Shown: positions 1-9,763 of the stretch, piece after piece
Position numbering within the stretch: position 1 is the first letter of the stretch
How the letters are laid out: every line of letters begins with the position of its first letter
Assembly (NCBI GenBank): GCA_028823885.1
Contig: JAPPFK010000055.1
Location: forward strand, 6,971-70,970
Direction: 5' to 3'
DNA length: 64,000 bases
Source of the DNA: Rhodospirillales bacterium
GTDB lineage: Bacteria > Pseudomonadota > Alphaproteobacteria > Rhodospirillales > UBA2165
Translations under genes and position numbers: made by a program
Notes under the pieces: model-generated
Seen by the model: the letters and a program-made list of their open reading frames with translations, nothing else
Databases searched by the model: none
Told to the model about the DNA's origin: nothing

Positions 1-53
1 AACCCATAGATTTAACCTTCTTGCCTATCCACACATCTAGCCTGGAGGAAAAA

Positions 54-1988
54 ATGGATGCTGACGAGTTCAAAGTCACCGAGGTTCTAAACCAGAGCAG
101 GCGATTCGTCGTCCCACTCTATCAACGTCAGTATCAGTGGCACGATCACAAGAACTACGAAGGCAGAACAAGCGCGTTTTGGCTTGATTTAGCCGCTAAA
201 GCGGCGGAAGTCGTGGAAGGCCAGTCGCGGTTCGATCACTATATGGGCGCGCTTTTGCTTGCGCCGCCAGCTTCGGATTGGTCGTTCGGGGAAACGCCGA
301 TAGTGCAGGTGGTAGATGGCCAACAGCGCCTGACCACGTTTCTGATCCTGCTTGCCGCCATACGTGAAGTGGCGCGCGAACACGACCATTCCGCACTAAT
401 CGAACAGATTGAAAAGTATCTGTTTAACGAACTTGGGCGTGCGGATACTGACCCGCTGGCCCGCTACAAACTGACACCGACGCCGGTAGATCGAGATGTC
501 TTCCTTGATATCCTTGAGCATCCCTATGCGGAAGTTCGCACCAAGCAATCCGAATATTACTGGGGTGCCGTGGTCCCCCAAAATACATCCGCTCGCTCGT
601 TGAGGGCGTACGAATACTTTGTGGCCCAGATCAAGGAGTTCGTGGCGAGCGGTACGAGCGACGACACAGAAATCGATATCGACGAAGAAAGCGACGATGA
701 CGCGGTGGCCGAGGAGCCAAATGATGAGGCGCTCTTGAGGTTAGACGCGCTTCTAGAAGCCCTCGTATTCCACCTCAAGCTGATCGTCATCACCCTCGGG
801 CCAGAAGATGACGCGCAGGTTATCTTCGAAACATTGAACTCAAAATCACAACCACTCCTGGCTATGGATCTGGTCCGTAACAATATTTTTCATCGAGCAG
901 AGACGCAGCACCGTGGCGAGGCCGATGCTCGAGAAAGAGCGGAAGCTCTCTATCATGAGATTTGGAGTCCTTTTGACGAGGGTTGGTGGCGTGCGCCGGC
1001 CCCTAACGCCCGTCCAGCCCGTCCACGGATCGATCATTTCCTGGCCAACGTGCTTACTGCGGAGACTGGTCAACGCATCACGGTACGCGAACTCTACGCA
1101 GAGTATCGCGCGTGGGCGACGCCCAACCGGCAGCCGCGATTTGAGAGGGTCGAAGACGAGCTCGAGGTGCTTCAGCGACATGCGCCGGCCTACGAGACTT
1201 TGGAACATCGCCGAGAGGGAGATGAGGCAATCATGTGGTTGGGCGATAGGTTGCGGCTTTGGCAAAACACGACCGCCTACCCCATTGCGTTTCAAGTTGC
1301 AGCAGAGGACGTGGATTCGGACACCCGCTGGACCATCGTAAAATGGATTGATAGCTACCTTACCCGCAGGAGTCTATGCGACCTCACCCCAAAGAACTTG
1401 AACCAGATATTCCCGAGGCTCGCAGACACTTTGCGCCGGGAGGGTGTATCAGTGGAATCAGTACGCAATTTTTTCGCTGGCATGAAGACGGATACAACCC
1501 GATTCCCAAACAATGCCGCGTTTCGTATAGGCATCCTTGATAATCGCGCGTACGACCGCATTCCATCCCGCATACTCTCTGAGCTCCTGTGGTCACTGGA
1601 GTTGGCAATGCGCACCGATATGACTGAGGCAACACCACGGCCTCCCTCCTTATGGGTCGAGCACGTCTTGCCGTACCATTGGGAGGAGAACTGGCCACTC
1701 AATGGCGCCATAGTTGAGGTCGGAGATATTGAGGTGGAGGGCTACGCTGAACGTGAAAAAGCACTTCAAACCCTGGGAAACCTAACCATTACTACCAGCA
1801 AACTAAATCAGTCACTAGGTAACGCGGCCTTCGAGGACAAAGCACCCAAACTGATAGAGCACTCAAACCTCACTCTCAACCGTCATATTGTTGAGCACGA
1901 ATATTGGGACGAAGCGACCATTCGAGGCCGCGGCGAAGCCCTCGCTGACCTGGCTATCAAAATATGGCCCTCATTAGCTGATGGGTAA
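54..1988 (+). CDS. GmrSD-like DUF262/DUF1524 protein (putative type IV restriction / defence nuclease)
   Basis: N-terminal DUF262 motifs VVPLYQRQYQW and DGQQRLTT. C-terminal DUF1524-like EHVLP...LGNLTITTSKLNQSLGN. ATG at 54 has GGAGG 6 nt upstream (ORF track starts at TTG 21). A sampled 60-nt line is 47% GC, against about 70% in neighbouring genes. Confidence 0.8.
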   Translation: MDADEFKVTEVLNQSRRFVVPLYQRQYQWHDHKNYEGRTSAFWLDLAAKAAEVVEGQSRFDHYMGALLLAPPASDWSFGETPIVQVVDGQQRLTTFLILLAAIREVAREHDHSALIEQIEKYLFNELGRADTDPLARYKLTPTPVDRDVFLDILEHPYAEVRTKQSEYYWGAVVPQNTSARSLRAYEYFVAQIKEFVASGTSDDTEIDIDEESDDDAVAEEPNDEALLRLDALLEALVFHLKLIVITLGPEDDAQVIFETLNSKSQPLLAMDLVRNNIFHRAETQHRGEADARERAEALYHEIWSPFDEGWWRAPAPNARPARPRIDHFLANVLTAETGQRITVRELYAEYRAWATPNRQPRFERVEDELEVLQRHAPAYETLEHRREGDEAIMWLGDRLRLWQNTTAYPIAFQVAAEDVDSDTRWTIVKWIDSYLTRRSLCDLTPKNLNQIFPRLADTLRREGVSVESVRNFFAGMKTDTTRFPNNAAFRIGILDNRAYDRIPSRILSELLWSLELAMRTDMTEATPRPPSLWVEHVLPYHWEENWPLNGAIVEVGDIEVEGYAEREKALQTLGNLTITTSKLNQSLGNAAFEDKAPKLIEHSNLTLNRHIVEHEYWDEATIRGRGEALADLAIKIWPSLADG

Positions 1989-2202
1989 TTCGCCTACGAA
2001 TATTTGCTTACCTTCCCCGTACCGGCCCATGATGGCGGGGAATGTAGAGGTCGGGCGCTCGTGGAAGCGGTCCCAACAATGCCGGCGTGTTCGCGGACGG
2101 CATATGGGATAGGAGATTTGCGGCGGCCCTGGCGCGGGCGATCCCTTCCTGCCCTGGACAAGTACGGCCCGCCGGTTAGACTTTTCGCAAGGGAGGGATC
2201 GA

Positions 2203-2406
2203 ATGCAACCGACGAAATCCTTCGAAGAGCTGTTTCACGAGACCCGCCCGGGCTTTTTCCGGATGATCCGGCGGGATTTCCGCTGTCTCAAATATCTCGG
2301 CATGCTGGTCCTGATGAATCTGACGGTGGGGCGGAAGGTTCAGAAAAAATACCGCGCCTGCAAGGCGTCCGGCGAGCCGTTCTGGCTTGACCAGGGCAAC
2401 GAGTAG
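2203..2406 (+). CDS. small hypothetical protein (67 aa)
   Basis: GGGAGGG Shine-Dalgarno 7 nt upstream, G/C-rich third codon positions, stop 10 nt before the next gene. No family recognised. Confidence 0.45.
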   Translation: MQPTKSFEELFHETRPGFFRMIRRDFRCLKYLGMLVLMNLTVGRKVQKKYRACKASGEPFWLDQGNE

Positions 2407-2416
2407 GGGGCGGGCC

Positions 2417-3412
2417 ATGAAGCTGGACAATCCGCCGCCGCCGGAATACGTCTTCAAGTATCACGAGCCGCCGAAAAGCGGCAATATTACCAATGGCTTG
2501 GGGGAGTCCCAGGTGCGCCGGGCGACCCGGGTTTTCCATTGGCCGTTCGGCAAGCCGCCGCATCACTGGCAGGCGCTCGATCTGCACTTCAATCTGATCG
2601 GCGGGATGGGCGGGCCCTATATGGGTTACGGCATGATCTGGCAGCGGTTGTGGAACCTCTGGCAGATCAGGCGCGCCAACGGACCCGTCGCGCCGAAACG
2701 CCGCGAGGTTGCCGACCCGAAGGCGATGGCCGGCGAAATCAAGGCCTACATTCAAAGGCATTTCACGGAGAGCATCGTCGGGATCACCCGGGTCGTTCCG
2801 ACGGATATCGTCGAGGGCGAGAGCGTCGATTTCGAGTACGTCATTTGCGTCGGCCAGCCCATGGAGCGGGACATCATGCTCCAGGCCCCCAAGCCGGCCG
2901 CCGGCTGGGAGGTGATGCGGGGCTATCGCCGGGTTTCCAGGCAGGCGGTCAAATTGGCGGCCCATATTCGCGGCCTCGGCTGGGAAGCGAAGGCCCACGC
3001 CGATCCCAAGACCGGTTCGCTGCTCCATATCCCCCCGGCGATCCGCGCCGGACTGGGCGAGCTCGGCAAGCACGGGTCGATCATCACCAGGGAATGGGGC
3101 TCCAACGTCCGGCTGGCCGCGGTCACCACGAATTTGCCGCTCGCCGTCGACGATCCGGTGGATATCGGCGTTGACGACCTCTGCGTCGCTTGCCGCCGGT
3201 GCACCCTCGACTGTCCGCCGGGCGCGATCATGGACAGCAAGCAGATGGTCCGGGGGGTGGAGAAGTGGTACGTCGATTTCGACAAGTGCGTGCCCTACTT
3301 CGCCGAGAATTCGGGCTGCGCCATCTGTATCGAGGTGTGTCCGTGGGCGGAACCGGGCCGGGGTCCGAAACTGTCCGAGACGCTGCTCGCCAAACGGCAG
3401 AAGGCCGCTTAA
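2417..3412 (+). CDS. QueG/RdhA-family 4Fe-4S dicluster protein
   Basis: Motifs CVACRRCTLDCPPGAI and C-x9-CAICIEVCPW. AGLGELGKHGSIITREWGS resembles the epoxyqueuosine reductase core. Start taken at MKLDN rather than the ORF-track 2387. Confidence 0.7.
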   Translation: MKLDNPPPPEYVFKYHEPPKSGNITNGLGESQVRRATRVFHWPFGKPPHHWQALDLHFNLIGGMGGPYMGYGMIWQRLWNLWQIRRANGPVAPKRREVADPKAMAGEIKAYIQRHFTESIVGITRVVPTDIVEGESVDFEYVICVGQPMERDIMLQAPKPAAGWEVMRGYRRVSRQAVKLAAHIRGLGWEAKAHADPKTGSLLHIPPAIRAGLGELGKHGSIITREWGSNVRLAAVTTNLPLAVDDPVDIGVDDLCVACRRCTLDCPPGAIMDSKQMVRGVEKWYVDFDKCVPYFAENSGCAICIEVCPWAEPGRGPKLSETLLAKRQKAA

Positions 3413-4854
3413 GGCGCTGAAACTCCGGGTCCGGGCATCGGCGGGCGGATGGCTTCATAGGCCGCGCCGATGGCCAGCAGTTTCCGGTCCTCGCCGGGCA
3501 GGCCGTCGAACCCGATCGCGGCCGGCAGTCCGTTGCCGCACAATCCCATGGCGACCGTAAGCCCGGGGAAGCCGGCCTGGCTCGCCGGCTGAACATTGTG
3601 CCCGGTCGCCGCGAAATGGGTGATTTCACCGCCGCGGAAGGGGTGCATCAGGACTTCCTGCAGCGGGCTTGCCGTGACCATGACCGACGGGAATACCAGG
3701 GCGTCCAGCCGGTTGCCGGCGAACGCGCCGCGATAGGTCTCCTGCAGCGCCGGACGCTGTTGGCCGAGGCAGCGCCCGTATTCCTCGTCCGTGACGGCCT
3801 CCGGCCCGACAAGCGAACCCAGCCGGTCTTTCAGGCCGCTGGCGGCGATCCGCCCGATAATTTCATCGCGGGTAACGGCCGCGCCGCTTTCCTCCAGATA
3901 CCTGGGCAGCGCCCGGACGATCTCGTACATGGAGACGACCTGGCCCATCTCGGCGATTTGCGTCTCGAGTTCGGGGATCGTGATCTCCACGATCTCGGCG
4001 CCGGCATCGGCAAGCCGGTTCAACTCGCGCTCGAAGACGGCGAGCACGCCGGCTTCGGCGCCGTCGCAAAAATAGCCGCGGTCGAGGCCGAGACGGAGCG
4101 ACGGCAGCGAAATTTCGGGGCGGTCCTCCTCGCCGGTAATCACCTCGTCGAGCAGTTGAAGATCGGCGACGGTTCGCGCCATCGGGCCGATGGTGTCCCG
4201 GGTCCATGAGATGGGGACGACGCCGGTCTGGCCGTAGCGGTGAAGCGTCGGCCGAAGCCCCGTGATTCCGCACCATGCGGCGGGATTGCGGACGCTGCCG
4301 CCGGTATCCGAGCCCAGTCCCGCAGGCGCGATGCGGGCGCCGACGGCGGCCGCCGTCCCGGTCGAACTGCCCGCCGGGGATCTATCCATATCGTAGGGAT
4401 TCCGGGCATTTCCGTGGCCGCCGAACACCAGCTCCGAGGTATCCCCGGGCGATTTGGTTATCCCCGGGCTGAACGCCAGCTCGTGCATGTTGGTCTTCGC
4501 CATGACGATGGCGCCGGCGGCGAGCAGCTTTTCGGCGACGGGCGCCGTCCGGTCGGGACGGTGATCGAACAGGGCCGGCGTGGCGGCGGTGGTCGGAAAC
4601 CCGGCGACGTCGATATTGTCCTTGATCACCAGCGGCAATCCATGGAGGCGGCCCCGAACGTCGCCTCGGCTTCTTTCGTCGTCCGAGTTCCGCGCCGCCG
4701 CCAGAAACCGCTCCGCGTCGAACCCAACGAGCGCGTTCAGGGACGAGAGTTCGGCGGCGCGCCTGCAGAGCGCTTCGGCGATCCCGAGCGCGGTCATCCC
4801 GCCGCTCTCCAAGCCTGAGAGAAGCTCCCCGGCGGTAAGGTCCGAAATTGCCAT
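3409..4854 (-). CDS. amidase (amidase-signature family)
   Basis: AS-family motifs GSDTGGSVRNPAAWCG and AGSSTGTAAAV. Start moved to MAISD (AGGAG 6 nt upstream). Its 3' end overlaps the previous gene by 4 nt, convergently. Confidence 0.85.
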   Translation of the reverse strand: MAISDLTAGELLSGLESGGMTALGIAEALCRRAAELSSLNALVGFDAERFLAAARNSDDERSRGDVRGRLHGLPLVIKDNIDVAGFPTTAATPALFDHRPDRTAPVAEKLLAAGAIVMAKTNMHELAFSPGITKSPGDTSELVFGGHGNARNPYDMDRSPAGSSTGTAAAVGARIAPAGLGSDTGGSVRNPAAWCGITGLRPTLHRYGQTGVVPISWTRDTIGPMARTVADLQLLDEVITGEEDRPEISLPSLRLGLDRGYFCDGAEAGVLAVFERELNRLADAGAEIVEITIPELETQIAEMGQVVSMYEIVRALPRYLEESGAAVTRDEIIGRIAASGLKDRLGSLVGPEAVTDEEYGRCLGQQRPALQETYRGAFAGNRLDALVFPSVMVTASPLQEVLMHPFRGGEITHFAATGHNVQPASQAGFPGLTVAMGLCGNGLPAAIGFDGLPGEDRKLLAIGAAYEAIRPPMPGPGVSAP

Positions 4855-4961
4855 GCGAGACTCCTGAATGCCGTTTCTCATCCTATGCGGCCGGGGGCCG
4901 GTGACCCGGGGGCGCCGGTTCGGAGTGATATTGTTTTTGTGCCAGCCGGCTAGGCGGAAAA

Positions 4962-5038
4962 TGGTCGGGGAGAGAGGATTTGAACCTCCGGCCCCTGCCT
5001 CCCGAAGACAGTGCTCTACCAGGCTGAGCTACTCCCCG
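4962..5038 (-). tRNA. tRNA-Pro (anticodon CGG)
   Basis: Reverse complement CGGGGAGTAGCTCAGCCTGGTAGAGCACTGTCTTCGGGAGGCAGGGGCCGGAGGTTCAAATCCTCTCTCCCCGACCA folds as a cloverleaf. It has a 7-bp acceptor stem, a TTCAAAT T-loop, an encoded CCA, and anticodon loop TTCGGGA. Confidence 0.9.
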
Positions 5039-5129
5039 ACGGATTTGGTGGTGGAATTCGGGATAGGTGCGGCAAGGGGAGCGGATTTATAGCGTCGGCC
5101 CGGCACCCCGGCAAGGCTTCTAAATCGCC

Positions 5130-6146
5130 TCAGTAGGCCCGCTCGATGCAGAAATCGATGACGTCGACGAGCGCCTGCTTGTGCGGGCTGTCGTCGAAGA
5201 TGCCCATGGCGTCACGGGCGATCGCCCCGTAGTGGCGGGCGCGCTCGACCGTGTCGTCCAGCGCCCCGTGCTTCTCGAGCAGGCCGATGGCGCGGTCCAG
5301 GTCGCCGCCGCCCTGATCCAGATCCTCCAGGGTCCGGCGCCAGAATACCCGCTCGTCGTCATCGCCTCGGCGGAAGGCAAGAATAATCGGCAGGGTGATT
5401 TTACCCTCGCGGAAATCATCCCCGACGGTCTTGCCCAAATTGGCCTGTTTCGCCGAAAAATCGAGGACATCGTCGATCAGCTGAAAAGCGATCCCCAGAT
5501 TCATGCCGAAGGTCTCGAGCGCGTCCTCCTCGACCTTGGGGCGGTCGGCGACCACGGCCCCGATGCGGCACGCGGCCGAGAACAATTGCGCGGTCTTGGC
5601 GCGGATCACCTCCAAATAGGCCGTCTCTCCGGTGCTGGTGTCATTGGATGTGGTCAACTGCATCACCTCGCCCTCGGCAATCACCTTGGAGGCGTGGGAC
5701 AGCACTTCGAGTATGGTGAGCGAGCCGTCCGCGACCATCAGCTCGAACGCCCGGCTGAAGAGAAAATCCCCGACCAGCACACTGGCCTGGTTTCCCCAGA
5801 CCGCGTTGGCGGAGGCGAGGCCGCGGCGCAACTCGCTTTCGTCCACCACGTCGTCATGCAGGAGCGTGGCCGTATGGATGAACTCGACGCAGGCCGAAAG
5901 CCCCTTGTGGCGATTGCCCTCGTAGCCGCACATGCGCGCCGACGCCAGGGTCAGCATGGGCCGGAGCCGCTTGCCGCCCGCGGCGACGATGTGGCCGGCG
6001 AGTTGAGGTATCAACGCGACCGGACTGTCCATTGCCCGAACGATGAGGTCGTTGACGTCCCGGAGGTCATCGGCGGTCAGCGTCGCCAGTTGTCCGAGAT
6101 CGCCCTTTCGGTCCGCTCTTTCTTCGAGGTTTACAACGACGCCCAC
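5130..6146 (-). CDS. ispB: polyprenyl (octaprenyl-type) diphosphate synthase
   Basis: Two aspartate-rich motifs, LLHDDVVDES and QLIDDVLDF. 338 aa, GTG start. Confidence 0.9.
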   Translation of the reverse strand: MGVVVNLEERADRKGDLGQLATLTADDLRDVNDLIVRAMDSPVALIPQLAGHIVAAGGKRLRPMLTLASARMCGYEGNRHKGLSACVEFIHTATLLHDDVVDESELRRGLASANAVWGNQASVLVGDFLFSRAFELMVADGSLTILEVLSHASKVIAEGEVMQLTTSNDTSTGETAYLEVIRAKTAQLFSAACRIGAVVADRPKVEEDALETFGMNLGIAFQLIDDVLDFSAKQANLGKTVGDDFREGKITLPIILAFRRGDDDERVFWRRTLEDLDQGGGDLDRAIGLLEKHGALDDTVERARHYGAIARDAMGIFDDSPHKQALVDVIDFCIERAY

Positions 6147-6211
6147 TGGACTGCCCTGGTGGTTGATGCTTGACGGGTCGATAGGCTCGGGCGAGCATAT
6201 TTGCGCGACTC

Positions 6212-6233
6212 GGCATGGGTCAAGACCCGTGCC
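6212..6233. promoter_or_regulatory. 22-bp near-perfect palindrome in the ispB / DUF2007 divergent intergenic region
   Basis: GGCATGGGTC-AA-GACCCGTGCC, with 9 of 10 arm positions complementary. Confidence 0.35.
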
Positions 6234-6292
6234 CCATTTGCTTCACAAGGTCATACGGACGTACGTGGCCGCCAGATCGGTAGGACGCAAGC

Positions 6293-6511
6293 ATGGTCGA
6301 ACTGCTCAGAACCAATGACCCGGTTCTTATTTCGTGGCTCCAGGCGCTGCTCGCCGATGAAAACATCGAGACCTTCGTGCTGGACGTCCATGTCAGCGTG
6401 CTCGAGGGAAGCGCAAACGCCATACCGCGCCGATTGATGGTCGAGGACGGAGACCTCGCCCGCGCCAGGCAGCTTATGGAAGAGTCGGATGAATTCCACG
6501 ACCGCGCTTGA
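6293..6511 (+). CDS. DUF2007-like small protein
   Basis: 72 aa. ELLRTNDPVLISWLQALLADENI...LEGS pattern is typical of the DUF2007 putative signal-transducing fold. Confidence 0.6.
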   Translation: MVELLRTNDPVLISWLQALLADENIETFVLDVHVSVLEGSANAIPRRLMVEDGDLARARQLMEESDEFHDRA

Positions 6512-7253
6512 GGGGCTGACCGACGATCGCCTGCTCGGCGGCCGGGTTGCCCTTTATCAACCGGCGGCGGGCTACCGCGCGGCGATCGACCCGGTCCTGC
6601 TCGCGGCCTCCATCCCGGCGCGGGAGGGTCAAACGGTGCTCGAGATCGGCGCGGGCGTCGGCGGCGCGGCGCTCTGTCTGGCCGCCAGAGTCCCCGGCAT
6701 TGTCGTACACGGCCTCGAAATCCAAGCGGATTTGGTTGACGTCGCCGCGCTCAACATAGATCGGAACCACGCGGCGGGCACGGTCATCCGCCAGGCCGAC
6801 ATTCTCGCCCCGCCTGACGACCTGTTGAACGCATATGACCATGTCATGGCAAACCCTCCTCATTTGAAGGCAACTGCGGCTCGGTTGCCGCCAAATGCGG
6901 CCAAAGCGGCCGCAAATGTCGAGGGCCGCGCGGGGCTCCGGGATTGGGTGTCGATGGCCGTATCGAGGGCCGGCCCTGGTGGCACTGTTACGTTTGTCCA
7001 CCGCTTCGACCGATTGGCGGATCTCGACGATGCGTTCTCGCCGCATAGGGGTTCCATCACGGTCTTTCCTCTGTGGCGCAATGCCTCGCGGCGGCAGGCT
7101 CGACGGGTCTTGTACCGCTGGCGGAACGGCGGGCAAGGCAAACGCGCGGTCAGCGAGGGGATGATCCTCCACCGCGACGGTGGAGAATTTACCGCCCGGG
7201 CGGAGGCTGTCCTCAGGGGCGGCAACCTCATCGACATCGAACCCGGCCGGTGA
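6489..7253 (+). CDS. SAM-dependent N6-adenine methyltransferase (TrmN6/YfiC-like)
   Basis: SAM-binding LEIGAGVGGAAL and catalytic NPPH (MANPPHL) motifs. Confidence 0.7.
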   Translation: MNSTTALEGLTDDRLLGGRVALYQPAAGYRAAIDPVLLAASIPAREGQTVLEIGAGVGGAALCLAARVPGIVVHGLEIQADLVDVAALNIDRNHAAGTVIRQADILAPPDDLLNAYDHVMANPPHLKATAARLPPNAAKAAANVEGRAGLRDWVSMAVSRAGPGGTVTFVHRFDRLADLDDAFSPHRGSITVFPLWRNASRRQARRVLYRWRNGGQGKRAVSEGMILHRDGGEFTARAEAVLRGGNLIDIEPGR

Positions 7254-7316
7254 GCCGTCCCCCGCGCCGCGGGCGCCCCGCTGGCGGGACGGCGCATAAC
7301 CGCCTATGTTGAAGCG

Positions 7317-8183
7317 ATGAACCGACGACGCAAATTCAGAATTCCCTATTTCAGCAAGCCCCACCCCGCCGTCGCCGTGGTTCGCCTGGCGGGCGTCATA
7401 GGACGGGGGACGCCGCCGGTCCGGTCGGGATTGTCGGCATCGGGCCTGGTGCAGACGCTGGAGCGCGCCTTCAGCCTCAAGGGCCTGCGGGCCGTGGCGC
7501 TGGCGGTCAACTCGCCCGGCGGGGCGCCGGCGCAATCGGCGCTCATTCAAAAACGCATCCGGGCACTGGCCGAAGCGAAAGACGTGCCGGTGATCGCTTT
7601 CGCCGAAGACGTCGCGGCGAGCGGCGGATACTGGCTGGCGTGCGCCGCCGATGAAATTTACGCCGACGAGTCATCCATCATCGGCTCCATCGGCGTCATC
7701 TCGTCGGGGTTCGGGTTCACCGAACTGCTGGACAAAATCGGCGTCGAGCGCCGGCTGCACACTTCGGGCGACCGCAAGGGCATGCTCGATCCCTTCTCGC
7801 CGGAAAACCCCGACCACGTCGAGCGCCTGGAAAAACTTCAGGGCGAAATTCACGAAAGCTTCAAGCAGATGGTCCGGGAGCGGCGCGCCGGTAAGCTCAA
7901 GGGAGATGAACGGGACCTGTTCTCCGGCGAGTTCTGGACCGGAAAACGGGCGCTCGAATTGGGCCTGGTGGACGGCCTCGGCGAGCTTACCCAGGTGATG
8001 CGGGAGAAATTCGGCGAGAATGTGAAGTTCCGTCCCGTGGGACAGCGGCAAAGCTGGCTGAAGCGGCGATTCGGGCTGAGCCCGGCATGGTCCGGGGGCT
8101 TGCCCGATTGGCACGGCGGATGGGCCGACGACCTCCTGGGAGCGGTCGAGGCCCGGGCGTTATGGGGCCGTTACGGGCTTTAG
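7317..8183 (+). CDS. S49 family peptidase (SppA-like)
   Basis: AVNSPGG and ASGGYWLACAADEIYA motifs of ClpP/crotonase-fold S49 peptidases. Confidence 0.85.
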   Translation: MNRRRKFRIPYFSKPHPAVAVVRLAGVIGRGTPPVRSGLSASGLVQTLERAFSLKGLRAVALAVNSPGGAPAQSALIQKRIRALAEAKDVPVIAFAEDVAASGGYWLACAADEIYADESSIIGSIGVISSGFGFTELLDKIGVERRLHTSGDRKGMLDPFSPENPDHVERLEKLQGEIHESFKQMVRERRAGKLKGDERDLFSGEFWTGKRALELGLVDGLGELTQVMREKFGENVKFRPVGQRQSWLKRRFGLSPAWSGGLPDWHGGWADDLLGAVEARALWGRYGL

Positions 8184-8190
8184 GAGCGGG

Positions 8191-8424
8191 ATGATGTTCG
8201 AGGTGCAAAAACGCGGTATGAGACGGCGGGCGGAAATACGCGCAATTCCAAAAACGGCCGAGCCGTTCTTTTCCGCGCTCCTGGTCGCGGTTTCGCTGCT
8301 GATGTCAGTGATGCTTTTTGGAGCGGGCAGCGTCTTCGGCGGACTGCTGTTCGGCTCCATTCTGATCCCGGTGGCGTTCGTCTTCTGGCCGGACGGCACC
8401 GGCGGCCCCGCAGCTTCCGATTGA
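8191..8424 (+). CDS. hypothetical small membrane protein
   Basis: 77 aa with two hydrophobic helices. Codon bias is compatible with coding. No family recognised. Confidence 0.4.
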   Translation: MMFEVQKRGMRRRAEIRAIPKTAEPFFSALLVAVSLLMSVMLFGAGSVFGGLLFGSILIPVAFVFWPDGTGGPAASD

Positions 8425-8456
8425 CCCGCCGCCCTGCCGGCAACTAGAACTAGTTC

Positions 8457-8696
8457 ATGTTTGGATTCAGTCTTCCCAAGCTCATCCTGCTGGCGGCGAT
8501 CATCGCCGTCATCTGGTGGGGATTCAGCCGGTTCGGCGGGCGCAAGAATCGCTTGTCCCGGGAGGCGGACGACAAACGCCGGACCCGGGCTTCCGGGACC
8601 GCCGACGCCGTCGATATGAACAAATGCGGGGTCTGCGGCGAATACGTGCCGGAAAACGCCGGCAATTGCGGAGAATCGGGGTGTCCGTACACATAG
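8457..8696 (+). CDS. small membrane-anchored Cys-rich protein
   Basis: N-terminal TM helix LILLAAIIAVIWWGF, then a C-terminal CGVCGEYVPENAGNCGESGCPY zinc-ribbon-like motif. Strong GC3 bias. Confidence 0.55.
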   Translation: MFGFSLPKLILLAAIIAVIWWGFSRFGGRKNRLSREADDKRRTRASGTADAVDMNKCGVCGEYVPENAGNCGESGCPYT

Positions 8697-8828
8697 CGGC
8701 CGCCGCGTTGCGGGCCTTGGGTTTGCGGGTTCCGGGGATGGCGATTGCGCCGCCCGGAGGGGTTTCTTGACTCGCCACGGGTCCCCCATTACCACTCCCG
8801 CTCAATCCAGGAATAGCCGGACGTCATC

Positions 8829-9758
<930 letters not shown>

Positions 9759-9763
9759 TCGAG

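Noticed and set aside
2031-2055. Possible degenerate copy of the tRNA-Pro 3' end (TGGCGGGGAATGTAGAGGTCGGG against TGGTCGGGGAGAGAGGATTTG) that could mark an island att site.
   Set aside because: The match needs several indels and is G-rich low-complexity sequence. The segment it would delimit (2.05-4.96 kb) has native-like high GC and contains no integrase.
2004-2390. 128-aa ORF overlapping the 67-aa ORF in another frame.
   Set aside because: It has no SD and an Arg/Pro/Gly-rich translation. The overlapping 2203-2406 frame has better start signals and codon bias.
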